From: Aetokthonos hydrillicola CCALA 1050
Lineage (GTDB): Bacteria > Cyanobacteriota > Cyanobacteriia > Cyanobacteriales > Nostocaceae
Direction of reading: 5' to 3'
Assembly: GCF_017591665.1 (NCBI RefSeq)
Contig: NZ_JAAKGC010000030.1
Location: 19,483 to 83,482, forward strand
Length of the DNA: 64,000 bases
The translations under genes and the position numbers were made by a program. A model generated the notes under the pieces. The model did not search any database, was not told where the DNA came from, and saw only the letters and a list, made by a program, of their open reading frames with translations. Each line of letters begins with the position of its first letter. Positions within the stretch are counted from its first letter, which is position 1. This document shows positions 63,991-64,000 of the stretch, one piece after another.

Positions 63991-64000
63991 AGCCTCTTCA

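Overview
This 64-kb window looks like a filamentous cyanobacterial (Nostoc/Anabaena-type) chromosome: many GCGATCGC (HIP1) sites, heptanucleotide STRR tandem repeats and dispersed 'gttgggtt' palindromic repeats. The window falls into six regions.

1. CRISPR region (positions ~250-16500). Two convergently oriented CRISPR arrays have near-identical ~200-bp leaders and 36-nt repeats that differ by one SNP. Array 1 (454-2081) has 23 repeats, array 2 (10498-11390) has 13. Array 2 sits next to an adaptation module encoding Cas2, an RT-Cas1 fusion and a WYL-domain protein; this module usually accompanies type III systems. No effector genes are in the window.

2. Cargo between the arrays (~8.4 kb). 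It holds a VapBC toxin-antitoxin pair, a NYN/LabA-like nuclease, and a eukaryote-like ubiquitin-like conjugation operon: a ThiS-like Ubl, an E2-like protein and a JAB deubiquitinase fused to a ThiF-type E1, i.e. a Bil/Bub-type candidate antiphage system. It also holds an HtpX-like M48 protease, a P-loop protein with an internal duplication, and a PD-(D/E)xK protein. Two direct copies of a 181-bp MITE flank array 2 and cas2.

3. Housekeeping genes: eno, argC, ribBA.

4. Mid-window: a DUF928-like secreted protein and a TpsA-like exoprotein; an FHA / Ser-Thr kinase signalling cluster that includes an unusual FHA-FNR-like reductase fusion and an FHA plus cNMP-binding membrane protein; a flotillin-like protein; and an IS607-family element with an interrupted tnpA and an apparently intact tnpB.

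5. A cell-envelope gene cluster: a glycosyltransferase, a polysaccharide deacetylase, a methyltransferase and a large membrane protein, followed by a devBCA-like ABC exporter with a TetR regulator.

6. Right end: two Uma2-family endonucleases, an HNH pair, and a 1925-aa protein that joins caspase-like, NACHT (STAND NTPase), WD40 and PBP1 domains.
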